From the human T2T-CHM13v2.0 reference genome, Homo sapiens, in the NCBI RefSeq assembly GCF_009914755.1, contig NC_060926.1: a DNA stretch of 64,000 nucleotides; one strand, 5' to 3'. Position 1 is the first letter of the stretch. Every line of letters begins with the position of its first letter. Positions 14,089 through 33,625 of this stretch are shown piece after piece. Position numbers and translations under genes: made by a program. Under the pieces are notes generated by a model. That model saw only the letters and a program-made list of their open reading frames with translations, was not told where the DNA came from and did not search any database.

Positions 14089-17000
14089 AATTATCTCAAT
14101 TACTAAGAGATGTTTAAATACCCTTACCATGTGAGTTGATATGCTTATTTCTCCCTTTAGTTCTCTCTTGAGATTTATAGTCACTCTAAGTAAAGAGATA
14201 ACCCAAACATAAGCCTCACAAACAGGCTTCCATACCATTCTTAATTTGGTCCTTTAATTCTTCATTGCTGTATTAACTTTCTGATGCTTTTAAGGATGTT
14301 TTATAACAAATTTTTTAGTTTTTTCCAATGGAATGTTTATTCTGAATTATCTAATTCATATAGTAAGTATATAGGGAGTTTAATATAAAATTATTAAACT
14401 GATATTTGTGACAGAATGTATTTGTGCATTTAACAAATATGTTAATCCTCAGACTGTTATTGGGCAGCTGAGCATACAGCAATAAAAATAACATAATTTT
14501 TATGTGTACAATATTTATGGAATACGTTACTGGAACAAATAAATAATTTAGTTAATAACATGACAAAGAACAGAAATTGTATACACTATAGAGCATAGTA
14601 ATGAAATAATGAATGATTAAAGTTATTAATATTAGGTAGAAAATGAAGGGTATCTTTGAGAGCAGAACTCAAGGAAGCAAGCAATTCACCTTATGAGGAA
14701 AGAGTTACCTGTGGATAAAGGAGAAACTGAAAAATTTACAAGTCAAGACTTTTTGAGCAAAAACAAAAATATGACTATTAGTCACCAATTCAGTACAGTG
14801 AAAAAAAAGTTGAAGAGATATCTTGGAAGTAAATCATGTTGTGGAAGAGCATGTAGGGTTTTGATAATCATGGGATTATTCTGAAGTAATTTTAAATGCG
14901 ATAGGAATATATGAGATAATTTCACCAAACAATAACATGATTGGGTTTGCATTTCAAAGGGGTGTATCTGGTGCACCGTGTAGAATCAATAGGTTATGTG
15001 AGCAAATAAATTGGGAGGCTACTCTAATCCAGAGAAAAAAGGTAGTGACTTAGGTGAGAATGCTGTCAGGATGAGTGGTAGTAGTGGTGAGAAGTCGTTA
15101 GGCCATGGAGTATTTCATAGGACTGGCCAAGAGAACTGCAGCTAAATTGGAGTGTAGGGAGTGAAATGGAGAACTCAAAGACGACTCTCAGCACTGGAAG
15201 GTGACAACTGTCACTGAAGCATGATGATGCCTCTTATTAAGAGAGTTACTTGGGAATGGCAAGATCAAAACTTCTCACTTTGAAATTTATGAAAAATATT
15301 GTTTTCAGAACAAATGACTTTGGGATCAGAAAGCCACCATTCTAATTGATGGTTCCATGACTACACGGGCTCACACTCCCAAGAGCAAAAGTAAATCATC
15401 ACAAAGGTGCTTCCTGATAATTCTAGAGAATGGATAATTACTGTAACATCTTTTTGATTTTAGGAGAGGTAGCAGTTCCCTTTTTAGCCTAAATGCTATT
15501 TTTTTAAAGCTCAGCCAAGAGACTCCATTATAATTTTCAAATGTGTGTAACTTAAATTCTCATATGAAATACCACTATGCTTAAATTAGTCACAAAAGTG
15601 ACTGCAGCTCACAGACCCTGAAAGGAGAAAATCCAGGGTAGGTTATCTGATCTAGTTAGTTTCGAAGACAGGATCTAGAGATTATTTAATATGAAATAGA
15701 TCACCTGAAATGTTTACTGAAAACAGCTTTGGTCAGCCCAGTTTTCTACCACTGAACCATGCATTTGGTTTAAAAAACACAACAACTCTGGGGAATATCG
15801 GCTGCTTCCAATTGTGTTGAAGGTGTTAAAGAAAAGAGCATAAAATTAAAAATGATCATCTGAGGCCTTTATAGTCTCTGCTCAAGAGACTAGAGTCTTC
15901 CATTCTTAACGAAACACCCAAATATCTTAATAATTGGGCAAAATCTAAATATCAGAGATAATTTTATCTTGAAGATTGTTAAATTATAATGGTGATTCAC
16001 TACCTTGCCACGTCTCTGAGTCAAAAATTAGGTCTTTGTTTAGGAATCAATGGTACTCTGCAACTTGGAAATAGGAAGATTTTAGAAGACTCAAACACTG
16101 ACTTTCTTGTGTGCAAAAAAAAGACGTATTGAGATAAGACAAGTCTTTCCTTGCAAGGATACCTCTAATGATCATACACCACCTCCCCTAATGTTAATAC
16201 AGCTTCCAGGTCACTAACCAGTGTCAGAGAGCAGCCCATGCAGCTAGAAGTTCAAAAGATGTTGAACACAGGGTCAAGCCTAGAATAAGAAGTCTTAGCT
16301 AATTAAGTATGCTTTTTTCCTGAAATTCATATGAACAAAAACTTGGATATGTCGGAGAATGCATTCTAAGTTCACTCAACCTAGGAGGGAGAAACATAAT
16401 TTTAAATTAAGAGCTGAAGCATTCTTGTCCTAACAGAAAGCAAGGAAAACGAAATATCACACCACAGGAGGGATTTCACAAATTAGTGTCAACATCAAAA
16501 CCTTAAAATAGGCAAGGAGAATGCAGATTCACAATGAACTCTTGTACTTGTTTTGTTCAGAGAAGAGATGGTTCTGAGAGAATGACAGTGAACTAACCCC
16601 AGCTGTTTTAGTTGGTGCTTTCAACTGCTGCTTCTGATCAACTCCTTTAGCTAGGATAAATTGATGAGGATTTTGGCATGTGGTATTAGAGATGGTTATT
16701 TTTTCCTCTTATTTGCATTGTTCAATGTAGTAAATACTAGCTATATATGGCTACTTCAATTCAAATTAATTACAATGAAATATACTTAAATATTGAATTT
16801 TTTAGTCACTGTTGGTTCATTATTGAATATCTCAGCTAAGATTTCCCATCTAAATACACTAAGAGGTGGCTTAGTTAACTGGTCATCCACAAATATTGAA
16901 GCTGTTGTTAACTCCTGATATATTCTCTGCAAAGAGAATATTCATGAGCCTCCTCCTGAAATCAGCAGCCTAGAGGTAGTTTTATAAATTCGATACCAGT

Positions 17001-17545
17001 TGGAAATCTATACTCTTTAAGTTTTTGAAATATTAGCTTCCCAGGGAAGAAAATCAAATTCATAAGATATGTTAGGACAATTTAACTCAAGATGTTCAAA
17101 ACTGAAATGACGTATTCTACAATATGTGATAAAACCACCCCCTAAGAACTTAAAGCAAAACAGGGATTGACCTTAAAGACCTGCCTTTTCCTCATCCCCC
17201 AGCCAATCAGTTTTCAAATCTTGCATTTTATTTCGAAAGGTCCTTATCCCCCTCGTCTCTTGTTTCTAGACTTGGCACATATTTAAGTTTGTTACCTGTA
17301 TCTACTGACTTTTCTCTTTTCAAACAGTATCTATGCCTGCCAAATGTGAACATACAAAAAACAAATCAGAATGTGCCATTCTGATTTGAACTGCTTATTA
17401 GTTAATCCCTCAAGATAACATCTGGGTTCTTAGCTGCAATGAGTCAAGCCTACTTACATCTTTTTTTGTCTTTGGCTGCACATTTCCTATCACATCACAC
17501 TCCAGCAATGCCAGGCTATGCTGGCATTCTACCCCATCTCCACTA

Positions 17546-18083
17546 TTTTGCCCTCCGCCGCCCTGGCTTTTTGCCCGCCCTGGCTTTTTGCCCCCCGGCC
17601 TCCGTGGCTTTTTGTTCCCCTCCCCCGCCGCCGCGGCTTTTTACCCACTGCGGCTTTTCGCCCCCCGCCGCCGCGGCATTTTGCCTCCGCCGCCGCGGCT
17701 TTTTGCACCCCCCGCCGCCGAGGCTTTTTCCCTCCACCCAGCCTAGGCTTTTTGCCCGCCGCGGCTTTGTGCACCCCCGGCGCAGCGGGTTTTTGTCCGC
17801 CGCGGCTTTTTGACCCCCCGCCGCTGCGAATTTTGCTGCCACGGCTTTTTGCCCACCCTGGGTTTTTGTCCCCCCGCCGCCACGGCTTTTTGCGCCCCCG
17901 CCGCCACCACGGCTTTTTGCCCCCTGCCGCTGCGGCTTTTTGCCCCCTGCCACCGCGACTTTTTACCCGCCACAGCTTTTTGCCCCCCCCACCCGCTGCC
18001 ACGGCTTTTTGTCCGCCGCTGCTTTTTGCCCCCGCCGCCGCGGATTTTTGCTGCTGCGGCTTTTTGTCCCCCGCCGCCTTTGC
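17546..18083. repeat. GC-rich GCTTTTTGC tandem repeat (unit about CCCCCGCCGCCGCGGCTTTTTG)
   Basis: About 24 degenerate units, each with a T3-5 tract, rich in CpG. This repeat is known to flank the autosomal pericentromeric ALD/ABCD1 duplications. Confidence 0.9.
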
Positions 18084-18291
18084 AACCTTAATTTCACTCA
18101 AAATCTAATTTCCTACTGCCATGCCACCTAACCTATTTGTATGTTAGACTCTGGGAATTAGGACACGAACATTTTTGGGGTGCCATTATTTTGTCTACAG
18201 CAGACAGAATCTACACTGCTTGGGAGGTGCAGATTATCTTGGGGGAGGCAGGGCCAGCCCTTCCCTCTGTGGACACCCAGCTTTCCCACAG

Positions 18292-18574
<283 letters not shown>

Positions 18575-19699
18575 TGAGGCCCGCCTACCAGGGAGGACCA
18601 ACACCACACAGATGGCCCCAGGTGGCATGGGTGCTCTAGGGAAGGGGGCACCTAGCAGGGATGCGCACCTCATTGGGGGACCCAGGATACCCTCTCCCAG
18701 AGAAAAGGGGTCTGAGCTGAGCCCTGCAGAATGCTGAGTTGTTACCCCATCCAGGAGCCAGGGGCAGCAGGGCAGAGTGCGGCCCGCAGGCTTGGTGGTG
18801 TGAGAACCTGGCTCACAGAGGGCCCTCCGGACCAAGCGGGAGCTTAGGCTTTCCCTGAGTGGGATCAGACGCTCTTGGAAGGACCATGGGGTGGTGGGCA
18901 GGGGCAGCCTGGGAGGGGCAGGCACATGTGTTCAGTGATGGCTACTGTCAGGAGGTCTGTGCAGATGCTTGGAGGGGGGTGGGGCCAGCAGAGTCTGGTG
19001 GATTCAGAGATGAATTCACTGAAAAAGAGGCCAGACTGAGCTGTTTTTTTGTCCTGGGCTTATCAAGGAATACTGCTTGTCCACAGTGTCTGTCGGGCCG
19101 GGAGAGCGGAGGAGGAGAGCGGGGTGCAGCTACAGGGAAACAGTAGAGGGAGCATTCAGTTATGTCTTTGAATTCTGAGACTCTGTGTTCTGCTTCCAGC
19201 CCCCACTGCTGGGTGCGAGTTGGCCCTGGGCAAGGACCTCGCCTTGCTGGGACTCCCCTTCATGGTTCAAGGGCACTGGCACCAAGCCCTCCCTCGGTGG
19301 CAACATGAGAAGAAGTGGCTCCTGCAGGAAATGACCAGGGTGTTGTCACCTGCCTGTGGAGGAAGCGGGAACACAGGTGGCAATGGTGGTGGAGCAGCCC
19401 CTGGCCCGGCCCTGCCTCTTGCTCCGGCTGCCCTCGGCCTGGGAGCACATGGCCCCTCCTGCCTCTGTGGCAGCCTGAATGCCCAGGGTCTGTGGCCGGC
19501 CAGCATGAGCCGTTAGGATGGAGTTGAGCTGCAAGGAACAGAACCGGCCTCCCCGCAGTAGTGGCTAAGATCATCTGTGAGTTTATCCTACTGAGCTGTT
19601 AGGTCCCAAGAGAGCCAGGCCACAGTTGCCAGGGCTGGCCCTGCTCTGTGAAGGCCCCAAGGCTCTAGGATTTTCTACCATGTCACTCTGCTGTGTGTG

Positions 19700-19950
19700 G
19701 CCTCCATTCCCAAAGTCACCTCATGATCCAGGAGGGCTGCTGCCACCCTCACATCATGTCTCAGGCTGTAGGATGGAGGAAGTAGAAGGGAAGGGGCAAA
19801 AGGTTTGTGCCTTCTATCTTTTAAGGAAGTTCCCAGAAGCCGCCATATTGAATACTTAGTTATATCTCATTGGCCACAACTTAGTCTCATGCTCACACCT
19901 CACCACAAGGCCACATGGGAAGTGTAATCTCTACTCTGGGTGGCCATATA
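19700..19950. mobile_element. Ancient MaLR (MLT1-type) LTR fragment in ABCD1 intron 7
   Basis: MLT1-like motifs (tctcattggccacaacttagtctcatgctcacacct...gggaagtgtaatct). Boundaries approximate. Confidence 0.5.
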
Positions 19951-20204
19951 TCCTGTGGCCACTTCTAGCCCTGGGCCGCTGGGGAAGGCAGCATGGGCGA
20001 GAAGACAGGAGGGGCCACTTCTGCCACAGGGCCCCGGCCTAATGGAGAAGCGGGCTCACCTGCTCCTTCAAGCAGCCCACTCTAGCCTTGCCAAAGTGCT
20101 GGCATGGGGCAGTAACAGGAGGCCCAACCCCTGTGGGTGACAAGCCCCTGGTCTGGGGAGAGAACTCAGGCCACTCTGGAGCTCTGTGCCAAGGAACTCT
20201 ATGG

Positions 20205-20575
20205 GTGTCCTAGGGCTGCCATAAACTGCAGGGGTGGATCATCTCCTGGATCCAGCAGTCCGAGATCCTGGTACCAGCAGGGTGGGTTCCTTCCAGGTGC
20301 CATGACAGAAGGATGTGTTCCAGGCCTTTGTCCTCAGCACACAGATCGTCCACTTCTCCCTGTATATATTCACCTCGTGTTCCTCTGTGCATGTCCTCTG
20401 CCCGCACACCCCCTTTTAATGAGGACACAGTCATATTGAATTAGGGTCCGCTCTGATGACCTCATCTTAGTGTGATCACCTCTGCTAAGGCCCTGTCTCC
20501 AAATAAGGTCACACTGAAGTGTTGGGGCTTGGACTCCACCATATCTCTTCTGGGGGAAGGCACGATTCCAGTCCC
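20205..20575. mobile_element. MaLR MLT1A/B-type LTR in ABCD1 intron 7
   Basis: ctagggctgccataa...aggacacagtcatattgaattagggtcc...tccaaataaggtcacactgaagtgttgggg motifs. Confidence 0.65.
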
Positions 20576-20643
20576 CACTCCTCCGTGATTAACGGCTGTC
20601 AGACAGACAAGTACGCAGAGGCACAGGGGCCCTGTCATCATAG

Positions 20644-21095
<452 letters not shown>

Positions 21096-21239
21096 TAGGT
21101 GCCCTGTCTCCCTGCCTGGGGTCAGTGGGAGTGGCTGCCTGAGGGGAGGAGGTGGCCTGTTGGGCCAGGCGGCAGCAGCAGGCGGCTGTCATCAGCAGCC
21201 CTTGTGCCGAGCCCCTGATCCTGTCCCTCTCCTGGCCAG

Positions 21240-21486
21240 GGAGTACCACACACACTTGCTACAGTTCGATGGGGAGGGCGACTGGAAGTTCGAGAAGCTG
21301 GACTCAGCTGCCCACCTGAGCCTAACAGAGGAGAAGCAGCAGCTGGAGCAGCAGCTGGTGGGCATACCCAAAATACAGCGGCACCTCCAGGAGCTCTGCC
21401 AAATCCTGGGTGGTGCCGTGGCCCCAGCGCATGTGCTGGCACCTAGCCTGCAAGGCCCTGGTGGCCTCCAGGGTACCTCCACCTGA
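21240..21486 (+). pseudogene. ABCD1P: ABCD1 exon 10 paralog, coding part
   Basis: gccag|GGAGTAC...; [24 protein letters not shown]...[11 protein letters not shown], with the stop at 21484-21486. Confidence 0.96.
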
Positions 21487-23134
21487 CGCCACCCTCTCCA
21501 GCTCCTGCCCCGCCCCCAAGCTTGAATCACATGAAGGAGACAGCAGCACCCACCCGCGCACCCACCCCACCCCTGCATGCCTGGCACCTCCTCCTAGAAG
21601 GCCCTTCCCGACCTCGGGAAAGTAGATGTGGAGGGTGGTGCCCTGCATGACCCTCGCCCTATCCCTCCCACTCCCTGGGGGGTCTGTTCCACAGTGACTG
21701 GGCCCTGTCCAGGGCAGTGAGTCCTCTACTTTGCTCCGTGGAGGGAGCTGGGGTACAAGGGGCCCAGTGCTGGCCACACAGCAGTGCAGCCGAGCCCCAG
21801 GAGCCCCTCAGGCCACAGCCCCTGGCGCTGCAGGTGGCCTCCCTCCTTGTCAGTCTCTCAAAGACCCCACGGTCCATCCCCTGAGGGTGGCCAGCCAAGG
21901 CTCCCATCCCATGCGATGCCATAAAAGCCGCCCGGTGGTACCCACAGTCACACAGAGCGCCTCACCTGCATCCTCTCCCCCACAAGAACCCCAAAGATCC
22001 CACGGGAGAGGGACGCACAGCACTGCCTGCGGAGCAAGAATGTAGGCCCCGCCCCCTCGGCCCCTCACCTCGTCTTTCTGCAGCCTAATTTATTGGATTA
22101 CCTATTCGTAGCCATCTCCGTGGCCAATGTGACTACCCTGCCAGCAGCGGGGGCGGCCCAGCCTCTGAGTCCCCTTGGGCCCCGGCTCCCACCGGTGCCA
22201 AACCCAGCCCTTGTGGCCGTCACCCAGCCAGCCTACACTGCCAGCCGCCACCTGGCCACACGGGCGGGCCTCTGCTTGCTAGCCGTGAGTGCGGACACCA
22301 TGTTCCCAGCTCAGTGCCAAAGAGTGGTCACCAGGGGGAGCTGTCTGCGGAGCCAACACCTGCCCGAGAGAGACCCCACCGCCACCGTGTGCCTTTCCCG
22401 GGTCCTCAGCCCTCAGGCCAGGCGCCATCCTGAGCCCCCCCAGTAAAAGCCTCCATTGGCAAATGCAGTCCTTCCTCCCTGCCCCAGAGTCTGGTGGTGT
22501 CTGCTGCAGGTCTTGGGGAGAGATGGAGGAGAGGGAGTGGGTTGCCTGTGGGGGAAAGAGTGAGTTTGGGAAAGGAGTGAGCCTGAACCCCCAAGCCCCT
22601 CCGTGGGGGAGAGTCACCAGAAGACATGGTCCAATACGCCCTCCACAGAACTTCACGCCAACACTCTTAGGATTCCTGTGATGGTGGCGGGGCAGAACCT
22701 GCAACAACATTGCACAGAAATACTGGCTGAGCCCAAATAGGACTAGGGGAGGGGATCATGCTGGTCCCTGTGGGAGGAGCATGAAAGCAAGAGAAGGGAT
22801 GTCTAAGCTGCCACACAGGGTGCTGCTGGCCCTTCTAGGGAGAGGAGGCCACTTGTGCAGGGGCCTGGGGGCAACTGGGAGCACAGTGCAGGGTGTTCGT
22901 GCTGCATACAGGGGAAGGGAGGGCAGGGGAAAGGAGGGCTGCGGCCCGCGGGCCTTGGAGGCCACACTACAGAGACAGGACTTAGCCCAGAGGCCACCGA
23001 GGAGCTTTCATCAACAGGAAAGTAGTGTCGAGTACTGCAGGCCACGTGGCTGCATGTGAGAGTGGCTGTTGGGAATAGGGTGCAGCAGCCCATCTGGCCT
23101 CAGAGGCATGAGAACTGAGAACAGCTGTGCGGCC

Positions 23135-23830
23135 ATACCTTTATGCATGGATGGACATAGCCTCCAAAATGTGGGACAGCCTGAGTGTTCATCAACAGAC
23201 ACATGGACAAACAGCCTGGCCATAAAGCACGGTGCCATTCCACCGTAACACGACGGCTAGACCTCAAAGAGTTTGTGCTGGGTGAAACAAGCCAGACACA
23301 AATGTCCAGAATAGGCTCATTGGGACAGAAAGCAGATGAGTGGGTGTCAGGGGCTGGGGCAGGGGAAGGAAAATGGGGCAGGGGCAGTCCTTTTTAAAAA
23401 ATTTTGTATTTATTTTTTATTTTTTAATGAGACAGACAGGGTCTCACCCTGTCACACAGGCTGGAGTGCAGTGGTGCAGTCATAACTCACAGCAGCCTTG
23501 ATCTCCTGGGCTCAAGCAATCCTGCCCCAGCCTCCTGAGTAGCTGGAACCACAGGCGTGTGCCACCATACCCTGCTAATTTTGTGATTTTTTTTTTTTGT
23601 AGACAAGATCTCACTATGTTGCCCAGGTTGGTCTCAAACTGCTGAGCTCAAGAGATCGTCCTGCCTCAGCCTCCCACAGTGCTGGATTACAGGCATGAGC
23701 CACCACACCCAGTCTCGGGTTTCTTTTTATTTTGAAGAAAATATTCTGGAACTATAGCGCATACTAAATGCCACTGAATTGTGCACTTTAAAGCGATTGA
23801 TTGTATATTTTGTGAATATCGCCTCAAAAA
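23135..23830 (+). mobile_element. Old L1M 3'-end fragment, interrupted by an Alu
   Basis: gctgggtgaaacaagccagacacaaa and aatgccactgaattgtgcactttaaa...tgtgaatatcgcctcaaaaa are typical L1MB/ME 3' motifs. Confidence 0.6.
23402..23714 (-). mobile_element. Alu (AluJ-like)
   Basis: Reverse-complement Alu dimer with a T-rich tail. Confidence 0.9.
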
Positions 23831-23831
23831 C

Positions 23832-24345
23832 AGACAGATAGATGATTGATGGATAAATTGATACATAGATATATAGATATATAGACATGATATAGATAAT
23901 TGATCGATAGATGATGGATGATTCAGAGGTGCTAAGTGATAGATAAAATACATGATAGATACATGGATACATAGATGAATAGAGAGAGATGATAGATGAT
24001 TTAAAAATTTGTTTTAGAGATGAGATCTCACTATCTTGCCCAGTCTGGACTTGATCTGCTAGCATCAAGCAGTCCTCCTGCCTCAGCCTCCTGAATTACT
24101 AGGACTACAGGCACATGCTACTGTGCCTGGTGATAGATAAATTATTGAAAGATAGACATGATAGAGGCATAAATGATAGATAGATTGATAGACATGATAA
24201 AGGGTAGATAGGAACATACATGGGCTAGATCAATGATTATAGAAGTAAATGATATAGATTAATAGATTATTGATCATAGATTAATAGGTGGATAGCTGAT
24301 TGATAGATGATTGATCGATTGATTGGTTGACTGATTGATGGAGAG
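23832..24345. repeat. Degenerate (GATA/TAGA)n simple repeat, interrupted by an Alu monomer fragment (-) at about 24007-24130
   Basis: Runs of gatagat and tgat on both sides of an Alu-like segment. Confidence 0.8.
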
Positions 24346-25133
24346 AGACAGAAAAGCAAGCATAGCCATTGCAGTCACCCAGACAAGACATGCTGAGGCC
24401 TGGAGGTCCAGAAGGTTCGAGCAGTTGGAAGAACTTGACAGGCATGGGGGCAGCTTCTTCAGGGAGTGGAGGGGGCAGCAAGGTACCACTGAGTTCTGGT
24501 TGGAAGGTTAGGTGAGCGACAGCACCCTTGGTGGACAGAGGCAGCTCCAAAGGAGGGGAAGGCCTGGGGAGCAGGTGCAGCCCGAGGGGATGGTGCGTAG
24601 GCAGTTGGTTTAGAGCTTGGGGCTCCTCAGTGGGACATGGGTCAGCAGGGAGGCCAGTGGTCATTGAAGTTTGGATGGAGACATACTGGCTGAGGGGAGG
24701 GGCATGCTTGGCATCTCATTTAGGGGACAGGAGGTAGACTGTTTACCTGTATTTTGAGATTAGGATTTATTCCTAATCCCAGGAGGTGGCCGATTCCGAG
24801 GGCTGGGAATTGTTCCTCCATTTCTTTTGATGATTGTGTAAGTCGCCCATGCTTGATCATAAACCCCTTTTGTTTATTTTTGACACATAGCTGGAATGGC
24901 TCTAATTACTACAGATAGAAGGAGACACATCTGGCAAAGACCATCCAAAAGGAAGCTATTGGAGAGAAGCTCATAGTGCACAAAGTAGGCTCCAAGGCAA
25001 AAACATTATTAGGATTAAAAGTGGTTGCAGCATACTGATGAGTATTCATTCCAAAGCGTTCACTGGTAGGGGAGGGGTGGGGGAAAAAGAATAAATACAT
25101 AAATAATTTAATTATTTTAAAAGAAGTATTAGC

Positions 25134-25413
<280 letters not shown>

Positions 25414-25596
25414 TTAGCCATTCTGATCTTCTGTGCACCTGCATAATGATAGAGCCTCAAATGACTACAAAACAAAAAAGTGTCAAGAAAAGGAAAAAGT
25501 AATAAATGAGCACATTCTCCATGCAGGAAATTATACCACTTCTCACTGGAACTGCTGGTTTAAGCAGACTCAATTAGGAAGAATATAGAAAAATTG

Positions 25597-25883
25597 GGCC
25601 AGGCATAGTGTTTCATTCTTGTAATCCCAACACTTTGGGAGGCGAAGGCAGGCAGATTACTTGAGGTCGGGAGTTTCAGACCAACTTGGCCAACATGCTG
25701 AAACTAAAATAAAAAATACAAAAATGAGCCAGATGTGGTGGCTCATGCCTGTAATCCCAGCTACTTGGGTGGCTAAGGCAGGAGAATCACTTGAACTTGA
25801 GGTTTCAGTGAGCTGAGATCATGCCCCTGCACTCCAGCCTGGGCAACAGAGTGAGACTCTGTCAAAAAATAAAAATAAAAAAA
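25597..25883 (+). mobile_element. Alu (AluS-like) with target-site duplication
   Basis: Dimer flanked by aagaatatagaaaaattg (25579-25596) and aagaatatggaaaagttg (25884-25901). Confidence 0.9.
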
Positions 25884-25899
25884 AAGAATATGGAAAAGT

Positions 25900-26420
<521 letters not shown>

Positions 26421-26435
26421 AAAAAAAAAAAGTGT

Positions 26436-26730
<295 letters not shown>

Positions 26731-28006
26731 GTGTAAAAAATAGAAATAATATTATGAAGTACAGAGGGATCTCCCTGCAGGCATCACGTGGTGCTGAAAC
26801 ATGAGGGGCACCTGGGGGGCGAAAGACATGAGTGGGAACAACTTCAGCCCTTGCTTCTCCTCCAAACACCGCTGAAAGGAATGCAAAGGGATTGCAGATG
26901 TAAAAGGGAAGAGTTCACAGCAGAGAGTGAGAGGAGCTCCTGCCAGAAACATCACAGAAGCTGGAAAACAAGTGGGGGAGTGATAACTGATTCAAGGGAT
27001 CAGCGTGAACTTGGAAAAAAGTGGTGGGAAGCACCAAGGTCACGTGTCCACAGAGGAAAGGCCACGTGAAGCCACCACCCAGAAGAGAGGCCTTGGAAGA
27101 AACCAACCCTGCTGGCACCGTGATCCTGGGCTTCCAGGCTGCAGGACTGTCAGACCATTATGGTGTTGGACCGACACTGTAAAGAAAGAAGTAGTGATAG
27201 CACACATGGTTGTCTCGCTCCAGTTCTAAAAGGGGGAAGGATGCCGGGTGTGGTGGTCTCCAGAAGGCCCTTCCATGTTTCTCTGTGGCACCCACAGTGC
27301 CTGGATGTCAGCACTGGGATAAACCGCCTCCAGATTTATCTGTAAAATCCGAGCATCAGTGAGCTCAACTCTCCCGCTTTCTCAGCTCTCTGTTTCCATT
27401 AGGTTTGGTTGATCTGGGTCAGGGCCAGCATCAGAGGTAAACCCAAAGCTGTTCTCTGTGGACTGACCTCTTCTCCCTTCTCCTACATGTCTGCCATGTC
27501 CACTAGCCTGTGAGCTTCAGGAGACAAAGGAGCATGTTTCTTCTTCCTGATACCCCCGAAACTTGCACTGTACTTGTTATAAAATGCAGATTCAATGAGG
27601 GCTTTTTGCATTACAATTTTGAGAAAGAATCATGAACCATGATTTAGCGTCTCTTCCCATCAAACCACAGGCCCATAGAGCAATTGCCTTTACCTGTGAT
27701 GCACACCTCCTACATGTCCTCCCCGCAGCCTGGCATCTCTGTACTGAAAACCAAACACAAAACTCATTGCCATCCCTCTTCAACATGGCTTCCTTTCTGA
27801 CTTTCCTTCAGGTGCCCCAGGCAGAACCATGGGGATCATCTGACCCTCTATCTCCCTCATCCTTCCCTATCCCACCAGCCCATGTCTTACTGACTCAGTC
27901 CTTAAAGTCCCTCTGGCTCCCCACCGGATCCTCAGTGTCTGGTAGTACAGTGCCTGACGTGGGAGGTACACAGCGACCACTAGGTGAATACAAGAATGAT
28001 GTGATT

Positions 28007-28134
28007 GGCCAGGCGCGGTGGCTCATGCCTGTAATCCCAGCACTTTGGGAGGCAGAGGCAGGCAGATCATGAGGTCAGGAGATCGAGACCATCCTGGCTA
28101 ACAGGGTGAAACCCCGTATCTACTAAAAATACAA
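28007..28134 (+). mobile_element. Alu left arm only (AluY/Sc-type), truncated at the middle A-linker
   Basis: ggccaggcgcggtgg...gagatcgagaccatcctggctaaca...ctactaaaaatacaa, followed by non-Alu sequence. Confidence 0.88.
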
Positions 28135-28759
28135 TTCTTGTCATGCACACGTACTATTCATCAAGAAAGGTATTACAACTTCAGAAATGTGTTCAAAATG
28201 TATCCATACTTTGACATATTAATGAAATAATCACATTCTACACAAAACTACTCCATATGGAATATTGGGGAGGGGGTGTTCCAAATAAAGAGACTGAGGA
28301 TTTCTCATGAGAACTCAGTGTCTGCTAGAAAATATCTAAGTAAAATATTTTACTTATGCAGAAAGTGTGGATGTTTGTGCATCAAAAGTTTCAAGAATCC
28401 TTAAAATGTACAATGGAGATGAGGAGAAAATATCAGAATTTCCCAGCACCAGAAATGAGGCAAGAAAAAATTCAGAGGAGTTGTAAATGTGAAAAGCCAA
28501 TGGCTGGTCACGCAGCAACATTGATAACCTTGTGCCAGGACAACTAGAATAAATACATAAACATACAGATTGAAAATATTTCCAATATTAGATCTCCCTC
28601 ATGTGAGAACTAAATTATAAAGATTGAAGCATATAAGAAAATAAGCTACCAGAATTTAGGCTACCAGAATAAATTCGATTACACATAAATTTCTGACATT
28701 GAAATTGTCACAAATGTTTAAGTTGGTAGTGGAAGACAAAGGACATATGATCTTGGGAG

Positions 28760-33625
<4,866 letters not shown>

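Noticed and set aside
13795-14238. Charged ORF (-) and hydrophobic ORF (+)
   Set aside because: By-products of the CT-rich low-complexity tract.
14100-17540. Possible gene fragment in the AT-rich spacer
   Set aside because: I recognised no exon or protein similarity; a BLAST or BLAT search would be needed to identify its origin.
17439-18131. Long Pro/Arg/Ala-rich and Gly/Lys-rich ORFs on both strands
   Set aside because: The GCTTTTTGC repeat lacks stop codons, so several frames on both strands are open.
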